From the NCBI GenBank assembly GCA_951406725.2, contig OX597815.1, positions 84,444,001-84,508,000 of the forward strand: DNA of 64,000 bases, in the 5' to 3' direction. The notes below the pieces were generated by a model, which did not search any database, was not told the DNA's origin, and saw nothing but the letters and a program-made list of their open reading frames with translations. How positions within the stretch are numbered: position 1 is the first letter of the stretch; the number at the start of each line of letters is the position of its first letter. This DNA comes from Octopus vulgaris. Its lineage: Eukaryota. Shown piece by piece: positions 40,661 through 55,500 of this stretch. Made by a program: the position numbers and the translations under genes.

Positions 40661-40700
<40 letters not shown>

Positions 40701-40717
40701 ACAATAAGTTCTTACAA

Positions 40718-40749
<32 letters not shown>

Positions 40750-40899
40750 TTATGTATGCATGTATGTATGTATGTCATTGTTCAGTTTTATTTCAAGATT
40801 TCTTGCCAATAGAGAACAAATCGGTTTCTAATCTTGATCCAAGGCTCCTTCATTGGAATTCGCAACATCAACATCGAAGTATATTTGTTTGTATGTATG

Positions 40900-40933
<34 letters not shown>

Positions 40934-41039
40934 TGTATGTATGTATGTATGTATGTATGTATGTATGTATGTATGTGTGTATGTATGTATGTATGTATGT
41001 ATGTATATAGTTGCATATCTAGATGTGCTCATATATATT

Positions 41040-41460
41040 TAAATGAAAAACTTCTAGAAAGTTTTACAGATTTTTACAGTTCCAGTGATGGATTGGATCT
41101 GTAGACTTCGAATTAGCTTTCTCCTTTCTAGTTTTGTGAAGCCTAATTACTCATGATTGGTATGTTAGCAGCATGTTACATATCCCAGGGCCCCAATAAT
41201 TACAGGTATAAACCTGAACTTGTAATCTGGATAGAGTAACTACAGATTTTTCAATAGTCCAGCGTAGGTATTTTCTTTTTCACTGATATTAACATCCGCT
41301 GGGCAGCAAATTTCCACAACTGTACAAAGTTTCTCTTCTCTATCCCAAATCATTATATCAGGTCTGTTGTACTTACGTTTTATTGAGGTCTTCACTGGGA
41401 CATTTCACCAGAAGTTCTTTTTATTATAAGCTATGTCTTCTTCCATGCTGTTGATTCTTA
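41040..41460 (-). mobile_element. R4/Dong-like RLE endonuclease fragment
   Basis: KYNRPDIMIWDREEKLCTVVEICCPAD..FIPVIIGALG..LIRSLQIQSITGTVKICKTF, a PD-(D/E)xK restriction-like domain. Confidence 0.85.
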
Positions 41461-41541
41461 TTCCTCCTGTATTATTTTACCCAAAGCCAGGAACCTTTCA
41501 GCACCCCCTCGTATATATTTATATACACAAATATAATATCT

Positions 41542-41587
<46 letters not shown>

Positions 41588-41590
<3 letters not shown>

Positions 41591-41771
41591 CGGGAAGCTT
41601 TATGAAAATAAACAAAAGACGAAGGCAGGTTTACGGAAATTAACAAAAGACGAAGGCAGGTGGAATACAAACAAACAATTGTATTAGTATGGCGCTCAGG
41701 AATATAAATGAAACAAGTCTTTTACGTTTCGAGCCTACGCTCTTCAACAGAAAGATACACAGAAAAGAAAC
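41588..41771 (-). mobile_element. Short (TA)n-embedded element with variant hammerhead at 41718-41755
   Basis: Same family as 63638-63822 and 43891-43959. Minus strand reads TCTTT CTGTTGAA GAGC gtag GCTC GAAAC GTA AAAGA. Confidence 0.7.
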
Positions 41772-41926
41772 ATATATATATATATGTATATATAGGATAT
41801 TGAAAAGGTTGCAAGACGTAACGAATATTTTGGGAAAATTAAAAATAAGAAATAAGTGGAAATTTTAGCTGTGAGTGTGTTAAATTATGAGGCACAAAAA
41901 GAAAATGACTCTCTCCAGGCACAACA

Positions 41927-41966
<40 letters not shown>

Positions 41967-41988
41967 TATATATACATACATACATACA

Positions 41989-42041
<53 letters not shown>

Positions 42042-42227
42042 ATATATATAATACATTTACTCCATACACGTCAACTCATGATAGAATTTCTCTGGGATGT
42101 TGCCGTGATATACGATGCCATTTAGGCAACCTGAAGTCTCTCGGAGGACTCTTCAAATCTACCACTACAGATTTCTTCCAAAAGAAAAAGCAGAGAAAGA
42201 GAGAGAGTGAGAGCGACAGACAGAGCC

Positions 42228-42296
<69 letters not shown>

Positions 42297-42648
42297 GTAC
42301 ATACGAAAAGAAAGATGTGGGAGAGAAAAATCAACTTCAAAATGGTCTGGTAGCGGCCCCGAAATTATGAACTGCAAAGTTGGTCTCAGAGCACAGAGAC
42401 TGAAAACGAATACCGCAAACCAGTCTATCCTAATCTTTGGATTCAGCCATTTCACATTTTGGGTTTTTTTTTTATATAATCGACAAGTATATTATGGTTA
42501 TGGAATTTAATTGTTCAGAATGTTATATACGGTTTCGCCCCGAATATTGCACTTGGTAATATTGACGACCCTTCAGACCTACATACATACGTTCATTTAA
42601 CTTCATGTATGCATTCACATACACGCATCCACGTACACAAACACACTC

Positions 42649-42695
<47 letters not shown>

Positions 42696-43525
42696 CCATA
42701 GAGAGGGAGACAGACAGACAGAGAAAGAGACAGACAAACAGATAGATGGATAAGTAAACGTCACTGCATCGTATCAGCTACAATCTATCGCGATTTACAT
42801 AGTGGAAATTTGAGGAGATGTAGATCAGGTGGACAAGATACTTTTATGCTTTTGATTTCAAATTAGTCAAGGGTCAAGATTGGTTTCACCTCCCAGAGAA
42901 GAGATAATATATTTACAATTAATTTTAAAAATGGGCATTTATGAAGCGATGTGAGACAAAATGTTATAACGAAAAATAGTGTAGCTGAAATGTGTTTCTT
43001 ATGAACGAGTGTTCGCATATAACATACAGATACGCACACACATAAGTATATATATACATACACACACACACACACACATATATATATATGTATGTATGTA
43101 TGTGTATGTATTTATGTATGTATGTATGTATGTATGTGTATATGTACACACACAACACACATATACTATATGTGTATGTACTTATATGTATATAGATACA
43201 TGTATAAAGTATGAATAAAAATGTATAATTAAAATTCATATACAGAAATAACTACATAGATATATGTATTTGTAAAATATATAATCAATATTCATGCATA
43301 TATAAATACATACCAAATATATAATATAGACTTATGTCTGTATATACACACACACTCACGTATGTCTATAAAGTACACAGACTCAAATTGACGAATACAT
43401 GCATGTATACACAAAGATAAAGAAACATAGATATATGGATAGATAGGTAGACAGACAGACAGATAGACAGATAGATAGATAGATAACAATTTATAAATAT
43501 ATGGAAGCACTAATAACGTGTTTCA

Positions 43526-43586
<61 letters not shown>

Positions 43587-43846
43587 CGGCAGACAGACAA
43601 ACTGACAAAGAGAGAGTGTTTGGAGGTGAATTGCGTGTTTGGATGGGTGCGTAATTATACATATACACGTATCAGCAAATGTGCAAAATATGTATTTCAC
43701 ATATACATATGAACATATGTTCACATGTATTGACATAAACATAGATCTTAGCGAATCTATCTATCCATCTCTTTATCTATCTATCCATCTATCTATCTAT
43801 CTATCTATCTATCAACCTAACTGTTGATCTATTTATGTCTATGTAT

Positions 43847-43890
<44 letters not shown>

Positions 43891-43891
<1 letters not shown>

Positions 43892-43956
43892 TAATACAAT
43901 TGTTTGTTTGTTTCCCACCTGCCTTCGTCTTTTGTCTATTTTCATAAAGCTTCCCG

Positions 43957-43959
<3 letters not shown>
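43891..43959 (+). mobile_element. Truncated 3' end of the same (TA)n-embedded element
   Basis: Reverse complement of 41588-41690, with the identical terminus cttcccgtta|tata. Confidence 0.75.
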
Positions 43960-44018
<59 letters not shown>

Positions 44019-44529
44019 AATCAATCTATGAGCGAGGTATAAACAGTGGCTTCACGACATCGTGAAATATATTTCCCACTTAAATGTGGCTAACCCTTAA
44101 GGGTGGATGCTACTGTAGCTTGTAGCCCCAGGAGGACACCTCCTCCAGCTGTCTATTGACACACTTTCTGTGCCTTATCAGTATTTGCAAAGGGAAGCCA
44201 TCCTTCCCATCTTCAATCCGACATGATACACACGGACTCGAGTTTCTGGTATATGCGTTTATATATATATATACACTCACACGTGCGTAACCGCATGATG
44301 CATTCACATTTATAGTTATAATATATTCATCATCTATGTATTTACGTATGTAATATATGTGTTTACGCATACATTATGAATATGTATATCCGTGTATTTA
44401 TATGTGTGCGAATATGCGCGATGGTCTGAGTCGGTGTGTAAACGAGCGAATAACGTCATACATGTATATACGCCGACATATAATGTGTGTTCAAATATTT
44501 ACGTGAATTTCAATGCATATACATATGTG

Positions 44530-44610
<81 letters not shown>

Positions 44611-44654
44611 CATATATACATATGTGCGTAAATATATGTATGTATGCATGTATG

Positions 44655-44694
<40 letters not shown>

Positions 44695-45220
44695 TATATA
44701 TATATATATATATATAAAATATATATATATGTATGTATGTATATTTGTATATAAATATATATATAGAGAGAGAGAAACATATATATATGCATATATAACT
44801 ATATTCATATATATATATATATGCATATATATATATATATGCATATATATATATATATATATTTATATATGTATGTATGTACGTACGTATATATAAATAT
44901 GTCATGAGTTCATTGTGTTTGCGTATTATATGCGTGTGTACACCTGTGTTTAATGCACTGCAATCAGTAACACATTATGCTTTGCATTTAATGTTGAATT
45001 ATAATGAGGAGCGCAGAGATTTCGGTAATTACTGAACAATTATGACAGTCACATTGGAAGAAATAAGAGCATTGGAACAAGGCATTTCAGAAATGCTTTT
45101 AGTGGAAGGGATAAAAGCTAGTTTAGGAATTATTCATTGTGATGATATTAAGACTAGCGTCGAAGTACATGAGAATGGCACTACTGCATATGCATACATG
45201 CGTACATATACATATGCATA

Positions 45221-45299
<79 letters not shown>

Positions 45300-45550
45300 A
45301 TGTACATATATATATGCACACGCTCACAGATGCATAAACGTATGCAGATGTTTAGTTAGAAGCATGAACATACCACATGCATATTTTCGAAGAATGAATA
45401 TGCAAATACAAAATGAATAAGCATATATATATATTTGTATGTGTGTGTATAATCTGTCTGTATAAGCTGGCACACGTGCATATATTGTGCCTGTATGTAT
45501 ACATATATACAAATATATGAATATACATACGCTCACACACACACACCACT

Positions 45551-45646
<96 letters not shown>

Positions 45647-45673
45647 CGTCTATATACATTTGTACACGCATTC

Positions 45674-45734
<61 letters not shown>

Positions 45735-46182
45735 AAGAACCTATTCCATATCCAAAATTCAGAGGTAGGGGGTACTACGCAATACGTAGATTGTATTTAT
45801 GAAATCCTCCCTTTTCAAAAGTAGATGGTAAGAAAATGGTAAATGGGCGAATGATATATGAAAGTGGAAGCTAAGAATGGAGTTTCATTTAAGGAATTTT
45901 CAATGCAGACCCTCTCAACCATTCCACATCTCCCGCTTTCACTACCATCACTACAACCATAACTACCATCAACATAAGCAATATTTCCCTGCTTTGCTCT
46001 ATAAGACGTGCATTAAGAGTAAAAAGCAGAATAGAGATTGAATATTCCTTTAGTATTGCTAAAGTAGCAGAGCGCTTATCTGTGGTGTATTGTATTCTAT
46101 ATAGTTTAATAATTACTAAGGTGAATATAATTAGCCGTGTTTGTTGTACGATCAATGGCAGACATTTACGACGAGAACCTAG

Positions 46183-46216
<34 letters not shown>

Positions 46217-47739
46217 ACACACACACATGCACGCACGCACACACACACACACCATATCGTAGTAAGTTAGTTAAGTAAGTATGTATGGTTTTGGTTGGTT
46301 GGTTGGTTGGTTGGTTGGTTTGTTCACTCGTTCGTTGGACGATATGTAGCAGGAGCATATCTTGTATGCGTTAGGTATGTGATAATCCCTCACACAAATG
46401 GCTATTTTTCTGTATAATAGTTATTTGTAATACGCTACTTATTTCCAGATTTAATAGCGCAGCCACAGAAACAAAGATTAATTCAATTTGATGCCGTGTT
46501 ATATGTTATATATATATATATATAGGCAATATATAGGCAATATATAAAGTTTAAATGTTTATTTTTGAGTTATGATCCAGTCTCCGTCACATTTAACGTC
46601 TCTTCCCGTCTGATGCCTGAAGCTATCTACGTTTTCCATACCATACGTATCGAGAGGTGAAAATACTCAAGGTACCAATAGAGAAAATATGATATGCCTG
46701 GAGGGAACATTTGAGATCACAGGACATGACTGGAGGCAACGAGTGAAAACACAGGAAGTGAAGAATTATTGCATCATATGTTTTTGCCACTGTTAATCGT
46801 TACAGTTCTCTTTAAGAATCGCGTGACACAAGTCATTGGAGACTTGCTCAGGGCATTTTTATGCTTAACACTTATCCGCTCGTTACCTCAAAACATTCGA
46901 GTGACATGCAAATACGGATCTAGGCACGAGTACCGCCAATTATTTCGGTCCGGGTTGTCCACTTCCCAAATGGGTTGCTATTCTATGTTGAATTCCATTT
47001 ACCAATGGCCTTTACCCATAGCTGGTACAGTGGATTACAGACGTCAGGAAAAAAATCCACTTATTTTTTTCACTGCTGCTTCGAAAACCCCTACTGCTTA
47101 AACTAGCACCGCAAGATATCCATTTATCGTATGTGGCCACGGGGAAGCACTTCGGAAGATTTTGGTGGCAGAAAGGATACCGACCAACAGAAGGAAACTG
47201 ATGGTGACAGAACACGAAAGCAAAGAATAATAAGCAGAAGCGCCATGTCCTATCTAGAAACACTACTCTCCAATACTATTGCACTTGTCCTCATATACAG
47301 GACATGCACACACTTGTTGGTTGTCAGGAAGGTCGGATTGTTCGATGGTTGTTTACCTGGAAATCTAATAAGTTTGTTTGGCTGGTTGATTTGATGGTCA
47401 GTTGATTGAGTGGGCGAATGTGTAGCTAGGTTTGATGCATTTGATAGATTTATCAGCTGATGCATCTTGAATTGATGATCATCAACCATCCATTCATGAT
47501 CCTACTCAATACGTACATTACTAGACATTTTCATAGAAAGAAAGAAACATTCTCTTATATAAATGCACTCTCGAAATGCGAAATCGAAAATGAAGCTACA
47601 CGGATGTAAAAGGTGGGATATTTCATAAAAAAAATTTCTTCTTCTGCTTCTTCTTCTTCTTCCTCTACTTCTTCTTCTTCTTCATATTTGTTAGGTAGTA
47701 TGACTTCTTTTTTGTATTTGTCATATTCCTTAAATACCG

Positions 47740-47864
47740 AAGAAGAAGAAGAAGAAGAAGAAGAAGAAGAAGAAGAAGAAGAAGAAGAAGAAGAAGAAGA
47801 AGAAGAAGAAGAAGAAGAAGAAAAAGAAGAAGAAGAAGAAGAAGAAGAAGAAGAAGAAGAAGAA
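47740..47864. repeat. (GAA)n microsatellite
   Basis: Directly visible; explains the poly-E ORF 47613-47930. Confidence 0.97.
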
Positions 47865-50273
47865 AACCACCACCAACGACAACAACAACAACGACGACGA
47901 CGGGAAGAGAACGCTGGACTTACAGGGTGAATAACTGTAAACATGTAATTCCTGCTTTAAGCTACACGAGACCGACATACAGTATGGAATATACCTCAAT
48001 TCTATCAACTTTACAGTTGAAGATCATGCAATGCTGCATGCAACAGTTCTGAATCTTTAAAAACCACTAATTACCCAGTTGCCTGGATTCAAATACCAAG
48101 AGGCCAGCCCTCTTCTTAGAGTCAGTAACGTAATTACATATGGCCTGGGTAAGGGGCTTGGAAGCAAGGACACTCGCATAACAACCAATAAACACTCGAT
48201 TTAGACGTGCAAGACATCAGTGAGTCTAGGATTTCCAAGAGGTAACCATTTGCACTGCTTGTCCATTACAACGTGGATTATGCAATTTTCTGTCAGCCGA
48301 AATCAAATAAGATGGTAATATTTTCACAGAAAGAGTTGGACATCGATATTCATTTTCTGTGTTGCTTTTTGACGAAATGTGTAGTGGCTGGGACGTAAAC
48401 AAAACAACATCGCTTGTCAAGCGGAGACGAAAGTACAAATACACGCATGCACAGGCACGCATGCATGCGTGCAGAAGGCAATTGTTGGTCTAAGTTATTA
48501 GCGAAATCACATGCCCACCGTGCGATACAGAAGGGCTCAACGCGAAACTTCGTGACTATGAAGCGAATTTCTTAACCACTCAACCACACACGCACCTTCC
48601 CCTTGCTAAAATGTAAAAGCATAAAGACATACTCATGTATGTTTTTATTCATAAGCATAACGTGTACATCTATTATGAAAAATATATATACATATACGCT
48701 CACACCGATATAAGTAGACATTGTTTTTGCGTATGCGAAGCATAAGTTTATAGAATATGGAGCAGTCTTTTTGGCTTATACATAAATGTTTGTAATTTAT
48801 GGAAAATTTCAAAAAAGATATTCATATAATTTTTGACGTTCTTATCATTTTTCCCTTAGGTTCAAGCTGGCTCCGATAAAGACTTAACATTTCCTTGTTA
48901 AATATTTTAGATTAAGTATATTTGATGTGTGTGTGCGGCCGTGCATATCCTGGAACATTCTAATATAGCTTTGATCGGTTCATCTCGTATCTAGTCGTAC
49001 TACTGGGAGATTTCTTTTCATTGCATAATTCTCACTTACGGGTATGTATTTATGAGTAACTATTGCATTTACTTTCGGATTTTGGCACCTTTTATACATT
49101 TGGTTGTTTATATTTTAAATGGTGTGTTTTCGTTTCTTGTTCAAATGTAGCTAACTTTTATATTGTGACAATTGAACAGCTTGATGTGTGTTTTAGACAT
49201 GTTTGAGGCTTAGTACCAATAATCTATTTTACCACACCCGACACTACTTTTAGACTGAAGAACAATTTAAACCAGATAATTATGTGTTTCTAGATATGTT
49301 CAGTTTCAGCTTCGCACGCATGGCTTTGGATTGACATTCAAATTTTCTTTGAATTTGCTCGTTTATAACTTGTTTTTGAAGAGCGTTACTTGGATTAATA
49401 TTATTTTCTCGGATGACACTTTGTAGACGTTCTGGGTTATGTTATTGCCAAGCTTCTTTATTACCGAAAATAGATAACATACATATTTATATATAGCAGT
49501 AATTCGTTAAATTTTCTAGGGGAATACTTTTTCCTATGGTTGGAGTCAATTTTATGTTTTAAATATTTACTATGGTTAGGATGGCTTTGATCATTCAGGC
49601 TGAAATCTTTAAAATGTTTTAAATTTGTTTCTATCTAAATTCTTATCTCAGGAAATATGAAGTGGTGTTGTTCATATTTCCTGAGATTTCTAGAGGGTTA
49701 TCTATAAATAGAATTATACAAAAGTGTTAGGATACTTTGTTTTGTTCATCTAGAATATATAGTTGGCATGTCTCTTCTCCATCATAACATCTCATGTGTA
49801 ATTTCGAAGTTTTCATTTTCCTTCATTGCACCCAAAGTTAGATACCGCAATATCCAATATATTATGATTACCAGTGATCCCCAATAGTAGTGAACGTCCT
49901 CACGAAATCCAGTACTTTTCCAGGGATGTGGTTTTTGATTAAAGCATGCAATTCTACGATATAAGGCTGTGTGAATTTGCACGAAGATACTTCTTTGTCA
50001 CATTGAATCAATAAATATGTAGTTATTCAGTTTGCTCTTCTAATTTTGCAGATAATATCGAGGAGTCAGAAAGTTACACTGTCCCCTATCGCATCCCTCT
50101 GCCGATATGCTATATGGCACCCAATACGTCCTTCTTATATATTTTCGCCTATACTGAAGCATTTACCAATTTTCTTTGTTGTTAGTTTTATTTGACAAAA
50201 CTGTCCGACTAACGGGATAGTGAAACCCTGAGTAACAGTTTTTAAGGTATTTTTGCTGCTTTTTTAATAAAGT

Positions 50274-50316
<43 letters not shown>

Positions 50317-50341
50317 TGTATACATACCTACATATATATAC

Positions 50342-50392
<51 letters not shown>

Positions 50393-51020
50393 TTAAAACA
50401 TATATGCACTCAAACACAAACACACTCAAACATTCATACACACTCGTACACATTTATTTATGCATATAAACTTGCATATACAGTTTGATTATGTCTGCGT
50501 GCTTGGGTGTTAGTTATTTCATCCAGTAATATTTCTTGTTAAAGTATAGACTACTCTATGTATGTGTACTTGTATATACTTGTATAACATTATTTTACTA
50601 GTTCTAAACTAAATTTTGTTTCCTACATTTTGCATTATTGTCTTATTCCTGTTATATCTGTGCTTTTTGGGTTTGTAATATCTAATCGCATTGCTAACCT
50701 CATTCAAAGGAAACACAAGAAAGAGTTACTGCAGCTATATATTTTGTTAATCTTCTTTTAAGTTTGCTGCTGATGTTGATGCTGTTGTTGTTGTTGTGTG
50801 TGGTGGTGGTGGTGGTGGTGGTGGTGGTGGTGGTAGAAAACAGTTGGCAGGCACTTTGGCACATCGCCAATTTTTCACTTGAAGAATGAGGATGGATCAA
50901 CCGATCTTGGTTACCCTTAGTCTGTATGAGCCCATGGCCCTCCAATTCAATATAATGAAAATAAGAAGAGAGTAGATGTATATTTATGTGTATATGCGTG
51001 GTCTTGTTTGTCATTTTCAG

Positions 51021-51114
51021 GGGGAAAATGCTTCTATAAGACTCGATTGAGTCATTGCTATGGTGCTATCACTTATGTTGTTGTAATGTTCGTCATTGTG
51101 GTTTTAGCAGCAAG
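51021..51114 (+). other. Candidate host exon (94 nt)
   Basis: Acceptor tgtcattttcag|G and donor AAG|GTGAGT. One open frame, GKCFYKTRLSHCYGAITYVVVMFVIVVLAA. No homology recognised. Confidence 0.25.
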
Positions 51115-51619
51115 GTGAGTTTCTTTTTATTTTGATTTTTCCTGCGGACGAATTCGTTTCTTGTTGCCCGTACTAGAGCGTGTGTGCCATCTTGAATTTT
51201 TATCATCCACTAGAATTCTTAACTGATTCTTAATACAGTTGTGGAACTGTTTTAGTTCATGGAAAGACGGGTCTTCGACTTGTTTTGGTGAGAGTTCATT
51301 CTAGAGTCGAACATCTCTGTGGTGGTGGTGGTGGTGGTGGTGGTGATGGTGGTGGTGGTGGTGGTGGTGGTGGTGGTGGCAGTGGTGGCGTAATGGTGAT
51401 GGTGTGGTTCTTGTGGTTAATTGTTAATGTGACTGCTGTTGCTATAATACTTTTACAAATGTACTTTTACAAATCTGGTGGTGGTAACGGAGTGCTGGTG
51501 GTCCTGCTTCTGCTGTCACCGCTGGTGTTGGTGGCTAATGGCGATGATAGTGTTGATAATGTTTGTAATAGTGGTGAGGACAGCGGCAGTGGTGATTCAA
51601 GCGTCGTTTCTAACGTGAG

Positions 51620-54600
51620 TCGTGGTGCCTTGGCGTGCGGGTGAAAGAGGAAGCAGTATTCCTTTTGCTTGCGTCCATAAAAATAAAGGTATAACTACTA
51701 GAGAATGATAGAACACATAACAATACCATGAAGCACTGTGCCGATTCTACACAGCTACACTGTGCACAACACACATGTGGGCTATAAATTAGACGCAGGA
51801 GATACAGCTGGAAAGAACCATATAGCACAATTGACAAATAAATAAAGATTTATAATAAACAATGAAACTATCACAGAAGCAGGAATTAAACAACTCATGC
51901 AGAGAATACGCACTAAAAATAAGGCGAAACAACCGACCGCATGCAATAAAAAGATAAACTTCCACGAACCAATGAAAGCAATTCCAGAGATGCACAACAT
52001 GCAAAACACATAAGCTTCTGCAACAAAAAGAAAATACCACAACAGAAGTACATACATGACAGATGAGCTCTCAAACCAAAATAAAATATTACAACAGATA
52101 CTACAGTTCAGAGAATGAATAAGGAATTGCAGCAAAACAAAACAGAAAGAGAAAAAAAATGTTAAACATCCAATACGCTGACATAAACCACGTAATTGCC
52201 TATGGAATCAAATAAACAAATACAACCGCACAATAATATACTATTGTGACTCCTATACTTGACAACACACATAATAGTAGGGAAACACACATCACAACAG
52301 ATTAGAATCTCAGAAACAATAAATCTATATAGGAAGTCACTATAACAATATCAGTATGCATGAATCAACGAGAACAGCTGCCTGAGCTACAAATTAAATA
52401 TTTCCAGGAAGTAATAATCATATATAGCTTGGCTTTCCAAAATTTCATTCAGTAGAAGTAAACCCAAACATAAACAGGCTAAATGATCTGATATATTATA
52501 TATTCAGTAGCTTTGAAGAAGAAAGTGTAAGTAAAATTCGAACATAACAGTGTAAGATTCTCCTCGGCCAAGTAAACCTCATTAAAGAAAAACATAGAAA
52601 AGAAATTCATAATACAAAATTGATAAAAATAGGAAAGATTTTGCTAACCCAGTGAAATAAAAATAAAATGTGGAGAGCTTTATTATGACAAAAGCATCTA
52701 TAAGAAAAAAAATTTTAATAATTAAAGAAAGGGTATTCTAGGAGTAAACTAGATTGTAAAACAACTTATCTTGATATGATCATGCTAGAAGAGATGCTAC
52801 GAAATGTTTCTTCTGTGGGAATATGGTGTTTGAAGCAAATACCTTAGTATTAATAAAAGATTGCGTAATTCTGAATGACACACTAACATCAACAAATAGG
52901 GAGATATACGAAAAGAAAAACAACAAATGAACATAAACAGTTTAATAGATCCGCACAATAGATTAGAAAGAAGAAAATGCAATAACTCAACTTGCATGAA
53001 CCAACATAAATGACGGGGAGTTCACTAATACAGTGAAGATTACTGTCAACTTAAAAGCTCACAGAATTGATCGTTAATTTCTGGCTAACATGTTTAACTA
53101 ATATTCATAAAACTGTGACAATGGCTTTTAATGGATTACTGAAGAGACCAGAATCAACACCTGTCTGGTTATTAGACTGGTAAACATTGCGGATTCTTCC
53201 AAACAAAAGCACTGAAGACCACAAACTACAGGTAAATAACCTGTTTTACTATAACATACAACCTCCTGACATACCACCTCCTGAAAGAAATAACATCTTA
53301 GCGAAGGAACATGTGAGATAAGAAACCATATTGTGGATAATTTAAACTCTATATATGAACGAAGAAGCCTCACTCTTAAGACAATATCTCAAACAAACCG
53401 TCGAAATAATATGCAACGATATCACTGCAAGAAAGCTATAACATTCCATTTTGTACCATTTCCAAAACTGCTTTTATAAGCAAATTTCTGTCAAGTTCAG
53501 ATACCTTTAACAATTTGACTGAATGAAAGCAACAACTGAGTGAAATATTATGAAGAAATTATAAACCATTTCTAATATAACAATGATAGAAGCTACTTAC
53601 AAATGCAATAATTGATTGTATAACCTACAAAATGACTTTTTATGTATTCAGCTAGGATATGAAACTGACAAATGCTCCAAAGTTAGACTTTGAAAATTAG
53701 AAAATTAGAGAATTAGAAAAGAACCCAGCTCCCATGACAGAAGTTGTTAGAAGTAACAGATGAAAATTATTAGAAGAAACTGATAGAACAGAGTAATGAA
53801 AAGGCCTACAGAGGAAAGATTAGATAAGGACAAACAAGAAAAAGGGTTTTAAAGATGGAAAATTAAAATGGAGCTCCCAAAAGAAAGGAATGGAAAAACA
53901 TCTTCATACCAAATATATTGTAAGATTTGATTGATGAGATGTCATCAATGGCGTAAAAGCTCTGTAAGAACGGGTTATTTTATCTTAGCTATACAATATC
54001 AAAGCCAAAGTAGTCTAGTAATTTCTTTTAAGCACAAGGCCTAAAATATGTTGGTAGTGCGGGCTAGTCGATTACATCGACCCCAGTGCGTAACTGGTAC
54101 TTATTTAATCGACCCCGAAAGGATGAAAGGCAAAGTCGACCTCGGAAGAATTTGAACTCAGAACGTAACGGCAGACGAAATACCTATTTCTTTATTACTC
54201 ACAAGAGGCTAAACACAGAGGGGACAAACAAGGACAGACATAGGTATTAAGTCGATTACATCGACCCCAGTGCGTAACTGGTACTTAATTTATCGACCCC
54301 GAAAGGATGAAAGGCAAAGTCGACGTAGGCGGAATTTGAACTCACAACATAACGCAGACGAAATACCGCTAAGCATTTCGCTCGGCGTGCTAACGTTTCG
54401 GCCAGCTCGCCGCCTTTAACTACAGTCTAATAATGAAAAAAGAGCTGACATCAAATGCAAATTATGCAATCAAAACAAAATTTCTGACTATTCACTCAAA
54501 CAGGTATAGAATATATTCACAAATAGATATGACTGGAAAGAAATTGCACAGAATGCCGACACTATCAATATCAACACTGCGAAAATAAGCTAAAGGCATT

Positions 54601-55330
54601 CATCCAACCCAGTCTCAATCCGGATCTTGCTCTTCTAGTTTAAATCATCTATCACAGAGAACCACTTGGATATTGCATTCAAAGACTGGAATGAAAGTCT
54701 ATGTACTTCGATAGACCTCTTCATCGTCTCTGCAAGAATAGCAGCCCTAAAGATATCTAAGCATAAAGATTATATATATTAATAACATGTAACATAGATG
54801 TTGCAGTGAACATAGCTAGGAACCTGATCGCGCTGGTTAAGTCAACAGCACCGATAATCTGCGTAGAGTTTTCGATAAATAGCCACATAAAAAGTCCTAT
54901 ATAAAACTATATTGGTGTTCAGGAATCGATATACAGTTTAAATTATAGCCGTACTAGGCACATCACGTATCATATGAAATACAGATTCAATTGAATTTCA
55001 CAAATCACACAGTGCATATTCTGCACAATCATCTCCAAGTACAAAGATCCAACTCGCACAACACATGCATAACCTAATCACAACACAATAAAATAGCACA
55101 GCTTACACAACTCATGTTCTACACAATCAACTGCCAATCTCATAAAAGATTATCTCAACAAAGGAAACTGTAAAATAATTCCAAGACACAACAAAACAAA
55201 TCCGCAACAAATTGAATTAGCTGCAAACACAAGCACCTTCCCACTCTCATAAAAGCCAGTGCTACACACATCTGAGGAATACGGAGGTGCACCTGGCAAT
55301 GAAGTCAAACCCCCGCATGTTACTATTGAA
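51620..55330 (+). mobile_element. Near full-length, heavily decayed R4/Dong-like element ending in (TAA)n, interrupted by a SINE dimer
   Basis: A-rich sense strand with RT remnants NYR*ITCL and IINHF*YNND (degenerate HLxYMDD), knuckle KCKLCNQ and terminal LGTSRII. The 3' end abuts (ACT)/(AAT)n. Confidence 0.6.
54022..54416 (-). mobile_element. SINE family A tandem dimer
   Basis: Two cores tcgaccccgaaaggatgaaaggcaaagtcgac joined by the gaggggacaaacaaggacagac linker; head at 54416. Confidence 0.92.
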
Positions 55331-55440
55331 AACATATAATGGTAATGGTGATACTACTACTACTACTACTAATAATAATAATAATAATAATGATAATATT
55401 GATGATGATGACGATGATGATGATGATGATGATGATGATG

Positions 55441-55500
<60 letters not shown>

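Noticed and set aside
40628-40717. 19-bp direct repeat tccacaataagttcttaca separated by (TA)n
   Set aside because: It is most simply a slippage duplication within the microsatellite.
44095-44250. GC-richer structured segment considered as an HDV-like or twister ribozyme
   Set aside because: I could not build the nested pseudoknot or find the conserved twister residues.
45042-45190. Non-repetitive ORF start MTVTLEEIRALEQGISEMLL
   Set aside because: It has no recognisable homology or donor site and runs directly into microsatellite.
46600-47270. Complex sequence, possibly a decayed RTE-like fragment or exon
   Set aside because: No diagnostic motif could be read with confidence.
48700-50150. 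AT-rich stretch, possibly a decayed Penelope RT on the minus strand
   Set aside because: Only faint motif traces (e.g. FNCHNIKVSY) were visible, not enough to call.
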